From Eledone cirrhosa (taxonomy: Eukaryota), in NCBI GenBank assembly GCA_964016885.1, contig OZ024756.1:17298001-17362000 (forward strand): a stretch of DNA of 64,000 nt. The letters are read 5' to 3'. The position numbers were made by a program, and so were the translations under genes. Numbering within the stretch: the stretch's first letter is position 1; each line of letters begins with the position of its first letter. The notes under the pieces are model-generated. The model saw nothing but the letters and a program-made list of their open reading frames with translations. It did no database searches and had not been told where the DNA came from. This document shows, one piece after another, positions 11,985-24,183 of the stretch.

Positions 11985-14900
11985 AGAGAGGGTGTGACGA
12001 GAGATAGTGGTGGGGAGAGGGTGTGACGAGAGATAGATAGTGATGGAGAGAGGGTGTGACAAGAGATAGTGGTGGAGAGAGGGTGTGACAAGAGATAGTG
12101 GTGGAGAGAGGGTGTGACGAGAGATAGATAGTGATGGGGAGAGGGTGTAACGAGTGATAGATAGTGGTTGAGAGAGGGTGTGACGAGAGATAGATAGTGA
12201 TGGAGAGAGGGTGTGACAAGAGATAGTGGTGGAGAGAGGGTGTGACAAGAGATAGTGGTGGAGAGAGGGTGTGACGAGAGATAGATAGTGATGGGGAGAG
12301 GGTGTAACGAGTGATAGATAGTGGTTGAGAGAGGGTGTGACGAGAGATAGATAGTGATGGAGAGAGGGTGTGACAAGAGATAGTGGTGGAGAGAGGGTGT
12401 GACAAGAGATAGTGGTGGAGAGAGGGTGTGACAAGAGATAGATAGTGGTGGAGAGAGGGTGTGACGAGAGATAGATAGTGATGGGGAGAGGGTGTAACGA
12501 GTGATAGATAGTGGTTGAGAGAGGGTGTGACGAGAGATAGATAGTGGTGGAGAGAGGGTGTGACGAGAGATAGTGGTGGAGAGAGGGTGTAACGAGTGAT
12601 AGATAGTGGTTGAGAGAGGGTGTGACGAGAGATAGATAGTGATGGGGAGAGGGTGTAACGAGTGATAGATAGTGGTTGAGAGAGGGTGTGACGAGAGATA
12701 GATAGTGGTGGGGAGAGGGTGTGACGAAAGATAGTGGTGGGGAGAGGGTGTGACGAGAGATAGATAGTGGTGGGGAGAGGGTGTGACAAGAGATAGATAG
12801 TGGTGGAGAGAGGGTGTGACAAGAGATAGATAGTGGTGGGGAGAGGGTGTGACAAGAGATAGATAGTGGTGGGGAGAGGGTGTGACGAGTGATAGATAGT
12901 GGTGGAGAGAAGGTGTGACGAGAGATAGATAGTGATGGGGAGAGGGCGTAACGAGTGATAGATAGGGGTGGAGAGAGGGTGTGACGAGAGATAGATAGTG
13001 GTGGGGAGAGGGTGTGACGAGAGATAGTGGTGGGGAGAGGGTGTGACGAGAGATATATAGTGGTGGGGAGAGGGTGTGACGAGAGATAGATAGTGGTTGA
13101 GAGAGGGTGTGACGAGAGATAGATAGTGGTGGAGAGAGGGTGTGACGAGAGATAGATAGTGGTGGAGAGAGGGTGTGACGAGAGATAGATAGGGGTGGAG
13201 AGAGGGTGTGACGAGAGATAGATAGTGGTGGAGAGAGGGTATGACGAGAGATAGATAGTGGTGGAGAGAGGGTGTGACGAGAGATAGATAGTGATGGAGA
13301 GAGGGTGTGACAAGAGATAGACAGTGGTGGGGAGAGGGTGTGACGAGAGATAGTTAGTGGTGGAGAGAGGGTGTGACGAGAGATAGATAGTGGTGGAGAG
13401 AGGGTATGACGAAAGATAGATAGTGGTGGAGAGAGGGTGTGACGAGAGATAGATAGTGATGGAGAGAGGGTGTGACAAGAGATAGACAGTGGTGGGGAGA
13501 GGGTGTGACGAGAGATAGTTAGTGGTGGAGAGAGGGTGTGACGAGAGATAGATAGTGGTGGAGAGAGGGTGTGACGAGAGATAGATAGGGGTGGAGAGAG
13601 GGTGTGACGAGAGATAGATAGTGGTGGAGAGAGGGTGTGACGAGAGATAGATAGTGGTGGAGAGAGGGTGTGACGAGAGATAGATAGTGGTGGAGAGAGG
13701 GTGTGACGAGAGATAGATAGTGGTGGAGAGAGGGTGTGACGAGAGATAGATAGTGGTGGAGAGAGGGTGTGACGAGAGATAGTTAGTGGTGGAGAGAGGG
13801 TGTGACAAGAGATAGACAGTGGTGGGGAGAGGGTGTGACGAGAGATAGATAGTGGTGGGGAGAGGGTGTGACGAGAGATAGATAGTGGTGGAGAGAGGTT
13901 GTGACGAGAGATAGATAGTGATGGGGAGAGGGTGTAACGAGTGATAGATAGTGGTTGAGAGAGGGTGTGACGAGAGATAGATAGTGGTGGAGAGAGGGTG
14001 TGACGAGAGATAGATAGTGGTGGAGAGAGGGTGTGACGAGAGATAGATAGTGATGGAGAGAGGGTGTGACGAGAGATAGATAGTGGTGGGGAGAGGGTGT
14101 GACGAGAGATAGTTAGTGGTGGAGAGAGGGTGTGACGAGAGATAGATAGTGGTGGAGAGAGGGTGTGACGAGAGATAGATAGTGATGGAGAGAGGGTGTG
14201 ACGAGAGATAGATAGTGATGGAGAGAGGGTGTGACGAGAGATAGATAGTGGTGGAGAGAGGGTGTGACGAGAGATAGATAGTGGTGGAGAGAGGGTGTGA
14301 CGAGAGATAGATAGTGGTGGAGAGAGGGTGTGACGAGAGATAGATAGGGATGGAGAGAGGATGTGACAAGAGATAGATAGTGGTGGAGAGAGGGTATGAC
14401 GAGAGATAGATAGGGGTGGAGAGAGGGTGTGACGAGAGATAGATAGTGGTGGAGAGAGGGTGTGACGAGAGATAGATAGTGGTGGCGAGAGGGTGTGACG
14501 AGAGATAGATAGTGATGGAGAGAGGGTGTGACGAGAGATAGATAGTGGTGGAGAGAGGGTGTGACGAGAGATAGATAGTGGTGGAGAGAGGGTGTGACGA
14601 GAGGTAGATAGGGGTGGAGAGAGGATGTGACAAGAGATAGATAGTGGTGGAGAGAGGGTGTGACAAGAGATAGATAGTGGTGGAGAGAGGGTGTGACGAG
14701 AGATAGATAGTGGTGGAGAGAGGGTGTGATGAGAGATAGATAGTGATGGAGAGAGGGTGTGACGAGAGATAGATAGGGGTGGAGAGAGGATGTGACAAGA
14801 GATAGATAGTGGTGGAGAGAGGGTGTGACGAGAGATAGATAGTGGTGGAGAGAGGGTGTGACGAGAGATAGATAGGGGTGGAGAGAGGGTGTGACAAGAG

Positions 14901-16462
14901 ATAGATAGTGGTGGAGAGAGGGTGTGACGAGAGATAGATAGTGGTGGAGAGAGGGTGTGACGAGAGATAGATAGTGGTTGAGAGAGGGTGTGACGAGAGA
15001 TAGATAGTGGTGGAGAGAGGGTGTGATGAGAGATAGATAGTGATGGAGAGAGGGTGTGACGAGAGATAGATAGGGGTGGAGAGAGGATGTGACAAGAGAT
15101 AGATAGTGGTGGAGAGAGGGTGTGACGAGAGATAGATAGGGGTGGAGAGAGGGTGTGACGAGAGATAGATAGTGGTGGAGAGAGGGTGTGACGAGAGATA
15201 GATAGTGGTGGAGAGAGGGTGTGACGAGAGATAGATAGGGGTGGAGAGAGGGTGTGACGAGAGATAGATAGTGGTTGGGAGAGGGTGTGACGAGAGATAG
15301 ATAGTGGTGGAGAGAGGGTGTGACGAGAGATAGATAGTGATGGAGAGAGGGTGTGACGAGAGATAGATAGGGGTGGAGAGAGGGTGTGACAAGAGATAGA
15401 CAGTGGTGGGGAGAGGGTGTGACGAGAGATAGATAGTGACGGAGAGAGGATGTGACGAGAGATAGATAGTGGTGGAGAGAGGGTGTGACAAGAGATAGAC
15501 AGTGGTGGGGAGAGGGTGTGACGAGAGATAGATAGTGGTGGGGAGAGGGTGTGACGAGAGATAGATAGTGGTGGAGAGAGGTTGTGACGAGAGATAGATA
15601 GTGATGGGGAGAGGGTGTAACGAGTGATAGATAGTGGTTGAGAGAGGGTGTGACGAGAGATAGATAGTGGTGGAGAGAGGGTGTGACGAGAGATAGTGGT
15701 GGAGAGAGGGTGTGACAAGAGATAGATAGTGGTGGAGAGAGGGTGTGACGAGAGATAGATAGTGGTTGAGAGAGGGTGTGACGAGAGATAGATAGTGGTG
15801 GAGAGAGGGTGTGACGAGAGATAGTGGTGGGGAGAGGGTGTGACGAGAGATAGATAGTGGTTGAGAGAGGGTGTGACGAGAGATAGTGGTGGGGAGAGGG
15901 TGTGACGAGAGATAGTGGTGGGGAGAGGGTGTGACGAGAGATAGATAGTGGTGGAGAGAGGGTGTGACGAGAGATAGTGGTGGGGAGAGGGTGTGACGAG
16001 AGATAGTGGTGGGGAGAGGGTGTGACGAGAGATAGATAGTGGTGGAGAGAGGGTGTGACGAGAGATAGATAGTGGTGGGGAGAGGGTGTGACGAGAGATA
16101 GATAGTGGTGGAGAGAGGGTGTGACGAGAGATAGATAGTGGTGGAGAGAGGGTGTGACGAGAGATAGATAGTGGTGGAGAGAGGGTGTGACGAGAGATAG
16201 ATAGGGGTGGAGAGAGGGTGTGACGAGAGATAGATAGTGGTGGAGAGAGGGTGTGACGAGAGATAGATAGTGGTCGAGAGAGGGTGTGACGAGAGATAGA
16301 TAGTGATGGAGAGAGGGTGTGACAAGAGATAGACAGTGGTGGGGAGAGGGTCTGACGAGAGATAGATAGTGGTGGAGAGAGGGTGTGACGAGAGATAGAT
16401 AGTGGTGGGGAGAGGATGTGACGAGAGATAGTGGTTGAGAGAGGGTGTGACGAGAGATAGAG
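11985..16462. repeat. 33-bp (29-bp variant) purine-rich minisatellite, ~4.5 kb
   Basis: Unit gagagagggtgtgacgagagatagatagtggtg, with one GATA lost in the short variant; accounts for the 1664/1545/797-aa minus-strand ORFs. Confidence 0.95.
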
Positions 16463-17276
16463 AGAGAGAGAGACGATGCCAAAGACAAGGAGACTGAGAA
16501 CGACAATCAAACAAATAGACAGAGTTAGGAAAAAGGGGTCCTCCAAAGTGAAGGGGTTTCCAGGGCGTTTGTCACAGTTTCCTATATCTCCTCCAAGCGG
16601 ATACCCACTGGATACTCTTTCTCTTAGACTTCTGATCTGCCCAGAAACCTTTCCATTGTGCTCTTTGTTGACTGTTAGGCCATGGGGTCCCAGCGGATAT
16701 AGATGATGCCCTTGCTGTCGAAGAAAGGGATCATCATGAGCCTCCCAGTGGACCTGCTTTTCCTGGACTTCTTGGGTCATGGAGAGTCAGAATGTTTCCA
16801 CTGGGCACTCTGTCTCTTGGTCTCGAGATCATAACAGTAGACCCAGCTCTCGCCACAGGTTACCTGAGACTCAGGGACACTTGGATTCGAAGGGATCCAC
16901 TCGACCATCTCCCTGCTGTCATCAACGCGCCTCTGATTTTGATCTTCATTGAGCACCCTGGGAACAAACTTTGCGCATGTTCAGATCGTCATGAGTGACT
17001 CTCTACACAGTGTTCTCAACCACTTCAAATTGTTTAGCAATTGTCAGAAGAGAAGGAGGACGGTCCTCGTCCAGAAATTTGCGAATTTTGTCGACTAGCT
17101 TTGATGTACTGATGTCCTTTCTCTACCACACTTCTCGTCGTCCCTCATCTGCTCCCTGTTACCCTGTTGCACACTCACGGTAAATAAAAGATTCGTGCAC
17201 AACGCCGAAGCTTTACTGAGCATTATATTCATTTGTGAATACTATAATCTGACAGTATCAGTGGAGCGTCAGTCAC

Positions 17277-17426
17277 CATGCTTTGCAGCATAGAGTTATT
17301 GCTCTTTACGTTCTGAGTTCAAATCCCGCCGAGGTTAGCTTTGCCTTTCATCCTTACGGGGTCGATATAAACGACTTTCGCCTACCCCCAAATTGGTGGC
17401 CTTGTGCTTATAGTAGAAATTATTAT
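17277..17426 (+). mobile_element. SINE S1, 5'-truncated
   Basis: Box B gagttcaaatcc plus central and tail sequence. Confidence 0.75.
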
Positions 17427-17595
17427 ATTTACGATTCGAAAAGTAATCATATTTTTTCCTTTTTGCTGAAGTGAAGTAAAGATATATATTCAACTAGAAC
17501 TGTCTGTCATTTCATCCACAACAAATTAAACTTCGCTTCATATATAGCTGGTAGTAGAGTTGCTAAATAGAAAGAAGTGTATAGGTGGTAGTAGT

Positions 17596-17785
17596 GAAGG
17601 TGCATGGTTTAGTGGTTAAAGCGTCGAGCTTACAATCGTGAAGTTGTGAGTTCGATTCTCGAACCGGACTTTGCGTTGTGTTCTTGAACAGACACTTTAT
17701 TTCCCGTTGCTCCAGTTTACTCAGCTGTAGAAGTGAATTGGTTGGAAGCTGTATCGGTCACTGCCTTTCTCTTGGACAACATCAT
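17596..17785 (+). mobile_element. tRNA-derived SINE (family S2, CORE-like central domain), 5' part
   Basis: Box A tggtttagtgg, box B gagttcgattc, then tgtgttcttgaacagacactttatttc; second copy at 28597. Confidence 0.7.
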
Positions 17786-17788
17786 ATC

Positions 17789-18100
17789 TAGTGTATATAT
17801 ACTGTACATAGTGTATATATACTGTACATAGTGTATATATACTGTACATAGTGTATATATACTGTACATAGTGTATATATACTGTACATAGTGTATATAT
17901 ACTGTACATAGTGTATATATACTGTACATAGTGTATATATACTGTACATAGTGTATATATACTGTACATAGTGTATATATACTGTACATAGTGTATATAT
18001 ACTGTACATAGTGTATATATACTGTACATAGTGTATATATACTGTACATAGTGTATATATACTGTACATAGTGTATATATACTGTACATAGTGTATATAT
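17789..18100. repeat. Perfect 20-bp minisatellite (~15 units)
   Basis: Unit gtgtatatatactgtacata. Confidence 0.95.
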
Positions 18101-18117
18101 ATTATATTTAACTTTGC

Positions 18118-18425
18118 CTTTCATCCTTACGGGGATCGATAAAATAAAGTACCAGTAATACACTGGTGTTAATTGCTGGCCTTGTGCCAAAAGTAGAAAC
18201 AATTATATATAGTGTATATAATATATAAAGGGCGGTGGACTGGCAGTATCGGTAAAGGATCGGACGCCATGCTTTGACGCATAGAGTTACGGCCCTTGCC
18301 ATTCTGAGTTCAAATCCCGCCGAGGTTAACTTTGCCTTTCATCCTTACGGGGGGGTCGATAAAATAAAATACCAGTAATGCACTGGGATCATTGCTGGCC
18401 TTGTGCCAAAAGTAGAAACAATTAT
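18118..18425 (+). mobile_element. Tandem SINE S1: 3' fragment (18118-18206) plus full copy (18230-18425)
   Basis: Matches the other S1 copies. Confidence 0.85.
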
Positions 18426-18439
18426 ATATAGTGTATATA

Positions 18440-18600
18440 GAGTTGCAACAGCACTGGTGCCAAGCTGTATCGGCCTTTGTCGAGCCCTTGGACAACATCG
18501 GTGGCATGGAGAAGGGAGACTGGTATGCATGGGCGACTGCTGGTCTTACACAAACAAACCTTGCCCCGGATTTGTACCTCTAGGTATCGAAGGAGGCCTT
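18440..18600 (+). mobile_element. Probable 3' part of an S2-type SINE
   Basis: Shares aagctgtatcgg...cttggacaacatc with 17746-17783. Confidence 0.5.
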
Positions 18601-18867
18601 TACCCTTTAATGTAAACTCAATATATAGTAGTGTACAGGTGGTAGTAGAGGATGTGGTACTATTAAATGTAACTACGCATTTAACACACCTTCATACACG
18701 GCGAACACAAACTCTGCACACAACACGCATACAGCATACGGTGCATGTACACATCATAGTTACACAATATATGTATATATGTGTGTATAATATCTATTTA
18801 TATACATGTGCGTATGACACACACACACACACACGCACACGCATATATATATATAATATATATAATA

Positions 18868-19019
18868 TAATTGTTTCTATTTTTGGCACAAGGCCAGCAA
18901 TTAACCAGTACATTACTGGTACTTTATTTTATCGACCCCGTAAGGATGAAAGGCAAAGTTAACCTCGGCTGAACTCAGGCCGTAAAGGTGTGTAACTCTA
19001 TGCTGCAAAGCATGGCGTC
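18868..19019 (-). mobile_element. SINE S1, partial
   Basis: Matches S1 with a small internal deletion. Confidence 0.8.
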
Positions 19020-19095
19020 ATAATATATACATATAATATAATATATATTTGTTAGTTAATATATATATATATATATATGAGTCCAGAAATAGCCG

Positions 19096-19197
19096 TCGAA
19101 ACGGCTTGAGCTCTGCCGTCGGGGTCATACTTTTTCCTATATATATATATATATAGGAAAAAGTATGACCCCGACGGCAGAGCTCAAGCCGTTTCGA
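19096..19197. repeat. Inverted repeat of a hammerhead 3' half centred on (TA)n
   Basis: tcgaaacggcttgagctctgccgtcggggtcatactttttcc-(ta)n-ggaaaaagtatgaccccgacggcagagctcaagccgtttcga. Confidence 0.85.
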
Positions 19198-19205
19198 TAC
19201 TTTTC

Positions 19206-19269
<64 letters not shown>

Positions 19270-19368
19270 ATATATTTATGTATTTGTTTTGGAAGATTTA
19301 TGATTTAGTTGTATTTTGGGATGGTCATGTCGCTAATATTTCCATTAAAAAACACATGCATCAAGGAA

Positions 19369-19675
19369 GTAGTATAAGTAGTAGTAGTAGTAGTAGTAGT
19401 AGTAGCAGCAGCAGCAACAGTAGTAGTAGTAGTAGCAGTAGCAGCAGCAGCAGCAACAGTAGTAGTAGTAGTAGCAGCAGCAACAGCAGCAGCAGTAGTA
19501 GTAGTAGTAGTAGTAGTAGTAATAGTAATAGTAGCAGCAGCAGCAACAGTAGTAGTAGTAGCAGTAATAGTAGCAGCAGCAGCAGCAATAGTAGTAGTAG
19601 TAGCAGTAGCAGCAGTAGTAGTAGTATTAGTAGTAGTAGTAGTAGTAGTAGTAGCAGCAGCAGCAGCAGGAGTAG
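19369..19675. repeat. (AGT/AGC)n microsatellite
   Basis: Direct inspection. Confidence 0.9.
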
Positions 19676-20530
19676 TAAAATGCAGGAATGGTGAGTGTGA
19701 ATGAGAGGTGGTGGGAGTACTAACAGGTTGTGATGTTGGTGGCGGTTACAGTGACCACTGACTAACAGCGAAGATGCCTTAACAGTGAGGAGGGGGAGGG
19801 GGGAGTAGGAGGAGGGGTGAGGATGATTAGATGAGATGGGGAGGGGATGCTGCTGCTGATGATTTGGATGGATGAGGAGGAGGGTGGGGAAGGGGAGGAT
19901 GGTGGGGAAGGGGAGGGTGGATGGAGAGTGGCGGTGGTGGTGCTGCAGGTGGAGTGGAGGACTGCATGTGGAGGAGGGGGTGGGCTGGATGAGGAATAGG
20001 AGGGGTGGGGAAGAAGAGCGGTGGAGGATGAAGAGAAGGGGGAGTGATAAATGACCCAATCTGACCTGACATGACCTTTCATCACCCCCCCCCCGCCACC
20101 CCGTCTCAAAATGTCTCAATGATGGAAAGATGAAGATTATGAAATCGGGAGAGGAACATGATACGGGGTGGGGTGATAAATAGATAGTTGGGGGGGGGGG
20201 GTTGTGATGGGGGTTGTTGGTGTGGTTGTGGGGGGGTGGAGGGGTTGTGGTGGTGGTTGCTGTTGTGGTGGTTGTTGTGATGGTTGTTGTGGTGGTTGTG
20301 GTGGTGGTGATGGTGGTTGTGGTGGTGGTTGTGGTGGTGGTGATGGTTATGGTGGTGGTGGTTATGGTGGTGGTGGTGGTTGTGGTGGTTGTGGTGGTGG
20401 TGGTGGTCAGGATTAATGGTCAGGGAAAACTCAGAGATTCTAACGACTTCACATAGAATTCTGTAATCAACGAAGATTTCAGAATATTAGTTATGCCATT
20501 CTTATGCTTTAGCAGGGTGTGGTGCGATGT

Positions 20531-20628
20531 TTTCTTCTTCTTCACCGACTTATTCCTGAGAGGGTCGTGGAGGCAGAGTCCTCAAGCACTCCCTCCAGTG
20601 AGTCCTGTCAGAAGCAACCGTCTCCAAC
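20531..20628 (-). mobile_element. 3' terminus of an RTE-family LINE
   Basis: Same sequence as 62655-62740, which lies 3' of an RTE RT C-terminus; ends in a (GAA)n tail. Confidence 0.65.
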
Positions 20629-20689
20629 TCAGAACAGAGAGCTTACCACCCACGTTGACACTTACCTTCATTCCATCATGAAAACCTCT

Positions 20690-21340
20690 CAACACAGACA
20701 AATTTATCGGGACACCCGAGTTTCCTGAACATTTTCCACAGGGCAATTTTATTGACTGCATCAAAAGCCTTTGTCGGATCGATAAACACTTGATACAAGT
20801 CCAGCCTCTGCTCAATTCATTTCTCCTGCAGTTGTCTCACCGTGAAGATCATGCCCATTGCCCCTCTACCATTTCTAAAGCCACACTGAGATTCGGGAAG
20901 GATTTCATCAGTGACGTTGTCAAGGATCCTGTCCAGTATGATCCTACATTAGACCTTACCTAAAACAGACAGAATGGATATCCCACGGTAATTGCTACAG
21001 TCGTCCCTTCCACATTTGCCTTTATAGAGACCCCCCCCCCCCAGTGCATCTTTCCAGTCACGTGCGCCACTCTCCTCAACTCAAACCTTTTAGATTAAGG
21101 TAGTTAGACGACGAAGTAGATTTTTCACTTCCACATTTGAAGATTTCAACTCAGAGGCCATCCATCTCAGGTGACTTACAACTATTCAGATTTTTGACAG
21201 CAATTTGCGCTTCCTCTGGGGAAGAAGTTTCTGCCTTTACATCATTGGTGGGGGGTTTGCAGGAAAGGGTGTCGACAAACTCGTCATCAACCTCACAGGA
21301 CCTATACAAAAGTCTGTCAGTGTTCGCGCCACCTGTCAAG
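20690..21340 (-). mobile_element. Degenerate RTE-clade RT fragment
   Basis: Minus strand gives KSPEMDGL, CSNYRGISILSVLGKV, ILPESQCGF, IFTVRQLQEK and FIDPTKAFDAVN. Confidence 0.85.
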
Positions 21341-21587
21341 AATATACATTGCAACCTTAGATTAGTTTGACAATCGCCACCGACGAATGCGAGAAAGTTC
21401 TCCAGAAAGTTCTCCAGAAAGGATTTTTAAGAAAAACTTTCCACCGAAGTTAACAAACGACTTATTAGATCTACATAACAAAATTGTAAAATTATAAAAT
21501 TAAATTGTTTAAAACACCAACTACAAGTGAATTCAATCTTTTTCTTTTTTCAAATATACCTAAATATACCAAGGATTTCACACATTT

Positions 21588-21632
<45 letters not shown>

Positions 21633-21746
21633 GTCGATCGACTTTCGTCAAATCGGACCGAGGATATATATAAACATCCGAAATATGTATAATAAAATGT
21701 AATTGATAAAAAGAACATCTATTTTATTAATATTTGTATTTTAATA

Positions 21747-21842
<96 letters not shown>

Positions 21843-21949
21843 TAAAAGGAAAAGAAAATGCTGACAAATTGTTCCCAGTGAAAAATAGTTTAATTAGGAA
21901 TAAGTAAAAATTAGTAATAGTATTGGTTAGTATTCAGTTTTGGTTTTAA

Positions 21950-21986
21950 GTTTTACCGGTTGCGCATTTCTAATGCTTTTCAAAAA
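21950..21986 (-). ncRNA. Degenerate minimal hammerhead-like motif (variant core)
   Basis: ttt-TTGAAAA-gcat tagaa atgc-GCAA-ccg-GTA-aaa; homologous to 30902-30939. Confidence 0.45.
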
Positions 21987-22100
21987 TAATTTTGAGATAG
22001 AGCGCCTGTGATGTTTGCTCTAATCTGATTAGTTTTGGAAATTCTACCTGTTTTATGTAAAAAAAAGTGGCTCCAGATGTATGAAAAAATTCTTGTGGTA

Positions 22101-22128
<28 letters not shown>

Positions 22129-22131
<3 letters not shown>

Positions 22132-22503
22132 CGATATTAACAAATGGAAACTATATTTATAAAACCATATTTATTTCATTATACATATTTCAAGGACACC
22201 AAGTTAAATTATGGTGTGCTTTCATCAGATAAAATATAATATAGAGCAGTTTTATAAATAAATATTGACATACCCTTAAAGAATGCAACCATTACTATTG
22301 GAAGCTCCCGGATAGACTATCCGGGAGCTTCCAACAGTAATGGTTGCATTCTTTAAGGGTATGTCAATATTTATTTATAAAACTGCTCTATATTATATTT
22401 TATCTGATGAAAGCACACCATAATTTAACTTGGTGTCCTTGAAATATGTATAATGAAATAAATATGGTTTTATAAATATAGTTTCCATTTGTTAATATCG
22501 TAT
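22129..22503. repeat. 375-bp near-perfect palindrome (187-bp arms, 1-nt loop at 22316)
   Basis: Centre ...gaagctcccggatag-a-ctatccgggagcttc...; one mismatch seen between arms. Confidence 0.95.
22396..22460 (+). ncRNA. Type I hammerhead ribozyme (mirror copy on minus strand at ~22172-22236)
   Basis: Stem I tattttat/atgaaata, CTGATGA (22404-22410), stem II aagcacacca/tggtgtcctt, GAAA (22441), short stem III, ATA cleavage triplet, overlapping AATAAA. Confidence 0.8.
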
Positions 22504-22588
22504 TTTTACTCCAATTATTTGTTGAGTGCTTTATATCAGTTATAAAAATATTTGCTTATTGTATCCCAACAATTTAAATAGAACTTTT

Positions 22589-22640
<52 letters not shown>

Positions 22641-22693
22641 CGTATTTAAATATATTCAAATATTCACTGAATGGGCACTAAAAACTGTTCAGT

Positions 22694-22729
<36 letters not shown>

Positions 22730-23003
22730 CGTGCGTACGTGCGTGCGTGCGTGTTTGTGTGTGTGATATAATAACTTCTTTTAGTTATTGTTCGCGCTGG
22801 CTTGAGGTATCTGGTCTTTAATGCGAAGAAATACCGATGATGGCCAGAAGATCACTGATGACGGGTAGTCCTGGTTTCTTGCTCAATTTTTTAATTCATA
22901 TGTATCACATTCGCAACAACGCAGCACGCCATTTTTCATTCCTATATATATATATATATTCAAAAATTTAAAAAGCCAAGGATAAATTATTATTTATTCA
23001 TAA

Positions 23004-23125
23004 ATCTCTACGAACGTTTCAGTGCGGCTAGAATATCACATCCATTTGTAGAGCAAGTAGAGATTATTAGTTAACAATTATCTCTAATATGAGTGCTTTA
23101 TCTCAACTGTATATCTTCAGGAAAT
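23004..23125 (-). ncRNA. Type I hammerhead ribozyme with long stem II
   Basis: atttc-CTGAAGA-[~90-nt imperfect hairpin]-GAAAC gttc GTA-gagat, then AATAAA. Confidence 0.65.
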
Positions 23126-23158
23126 ATACAGAACAAAAAAAAAATAACAATAATTAAC

Positions 23159-23574
23159 AATATCAAGATAGCGAGAGAAGCTTCTAGGCAGGCAGTGAGA
23201 TGTTAATATCAAGATAGCGAGAGAAGCTTCTAGGCAGGCAGTGAGATGTTAATATCAAGATAGCGAGAGAAGCTTCTAGGCAGGCAGTGAGATGTTAATA
23301 TCAAGATAGCGAGAGAAGCTTTTAGGCAGGCAGTGAGATGTTAATATCAAGATAGCGAGAGAAGCTTCTAGGTAGACAGTGAGATGTTAATATCAAGATA
23401 ACGAGAGAAGCTTCTAGGTAGGCAGTGAGATGTTAATATCAAGATAGCGAGAGAAGCTTCTAGGCACGCAGTGAGATGTTAATATCAAGATAGCGAGAGA
23501 AGCTTCTAGGCAGGCAGTGAGATGTTAATATCAAGATAGCGAGAGAAGCTTCTAGGTAGGCAGTGAGATGTTAA
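23159..23574. repeat. 46-bp minisatellite (9 units)
   Basis: Unit aatatcaagatagcgagagaagcttctaggcaggcagtgagatgtt. Confidence 0.95.
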
Positions 23575-23880
23575 GTGTATATCGTACAGAAGCTTATATA
23601 AAGGTGTTTTTTTTCCAAACATGCAAATTTATAAGTTTAGCTGTGTATTTTTTTTTTCAGGAAAAATTAGTTAAAACTCTAAATTGGTTACAGTGACTTT
23701 GACGCTAAATACCGCCAGTTGCAGACTGAGCATCAACATGAGATATTTTTCTCCACAAAGTTCGATCACCAACAGCAGAGTTTAAAGAGCAAAGATCAAG
23801 TCCATTCCATAGGTTGATATTATCAATTGATGTAATTGGTCTAAGTCTCGTTATGTTGAGCAGATTGGTTACAGTAGAGG

Positions 23881-23945
23881 TTACTCTTTTACTCTTTTAC
23901 CTGTTTCAGCCATCCGGCTGAGGCCATGCTGGGGCACCGCCCTTG
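23881..23945 (-). mobile_element. Short SINE/LINE 3'-tail fragment
   Basis: ttactcttttac...gtttcagccatccggctgaggccatgctggggcaccgcc with a (GTAAAAGA)-type tail. Confidence 0.45.
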
Positions 23946-24183
23946 GGTTGTTAAAAATGTTCTTTATAAAGTTAAGGTAGTTTGTTTAGTTAGTTTTAAA
24001 AGAAAGGTTTAGCAGTTTTTGCGTTAGTTAACGTTATATGTATGTATAGAAGAAATTATATATATATAGGCGATCATCTCGACTGGCAACTGCTGGCTCT
24101 GGCCGTCTTAAACATTTCTCTCTACTTTTCAGCCCCTTGGATTGTATCTACCATTATTATATTACTTTATTGGATAAATTGCG

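Noticed and set aside
11786-16780. 1664-, 1545- and 797-aa ORFs as protein genes
   Set aside because: All three minus frames are open because the 33-bp unit lacks stops; 29-bp variants shift frame freely.
17596-17670. tRNA gene (also 28597-28670 and the S1 heads)
   Set aside because: A/B boxes are present but there is no proper cloverleaf, and each runs into a SINE body.
20204-20416. Gly/Cys-rich peptide gene
   Set aside because: (GGT/TGT)n low-complexity tract without gene structure.
22830-22880. Hammerhead at ccgatga.../ctgatgacgggtagtcctg
   Set aside because: Core-like heptamers and small hairpins but no downstream GAAA/NUH; at best a remnant.
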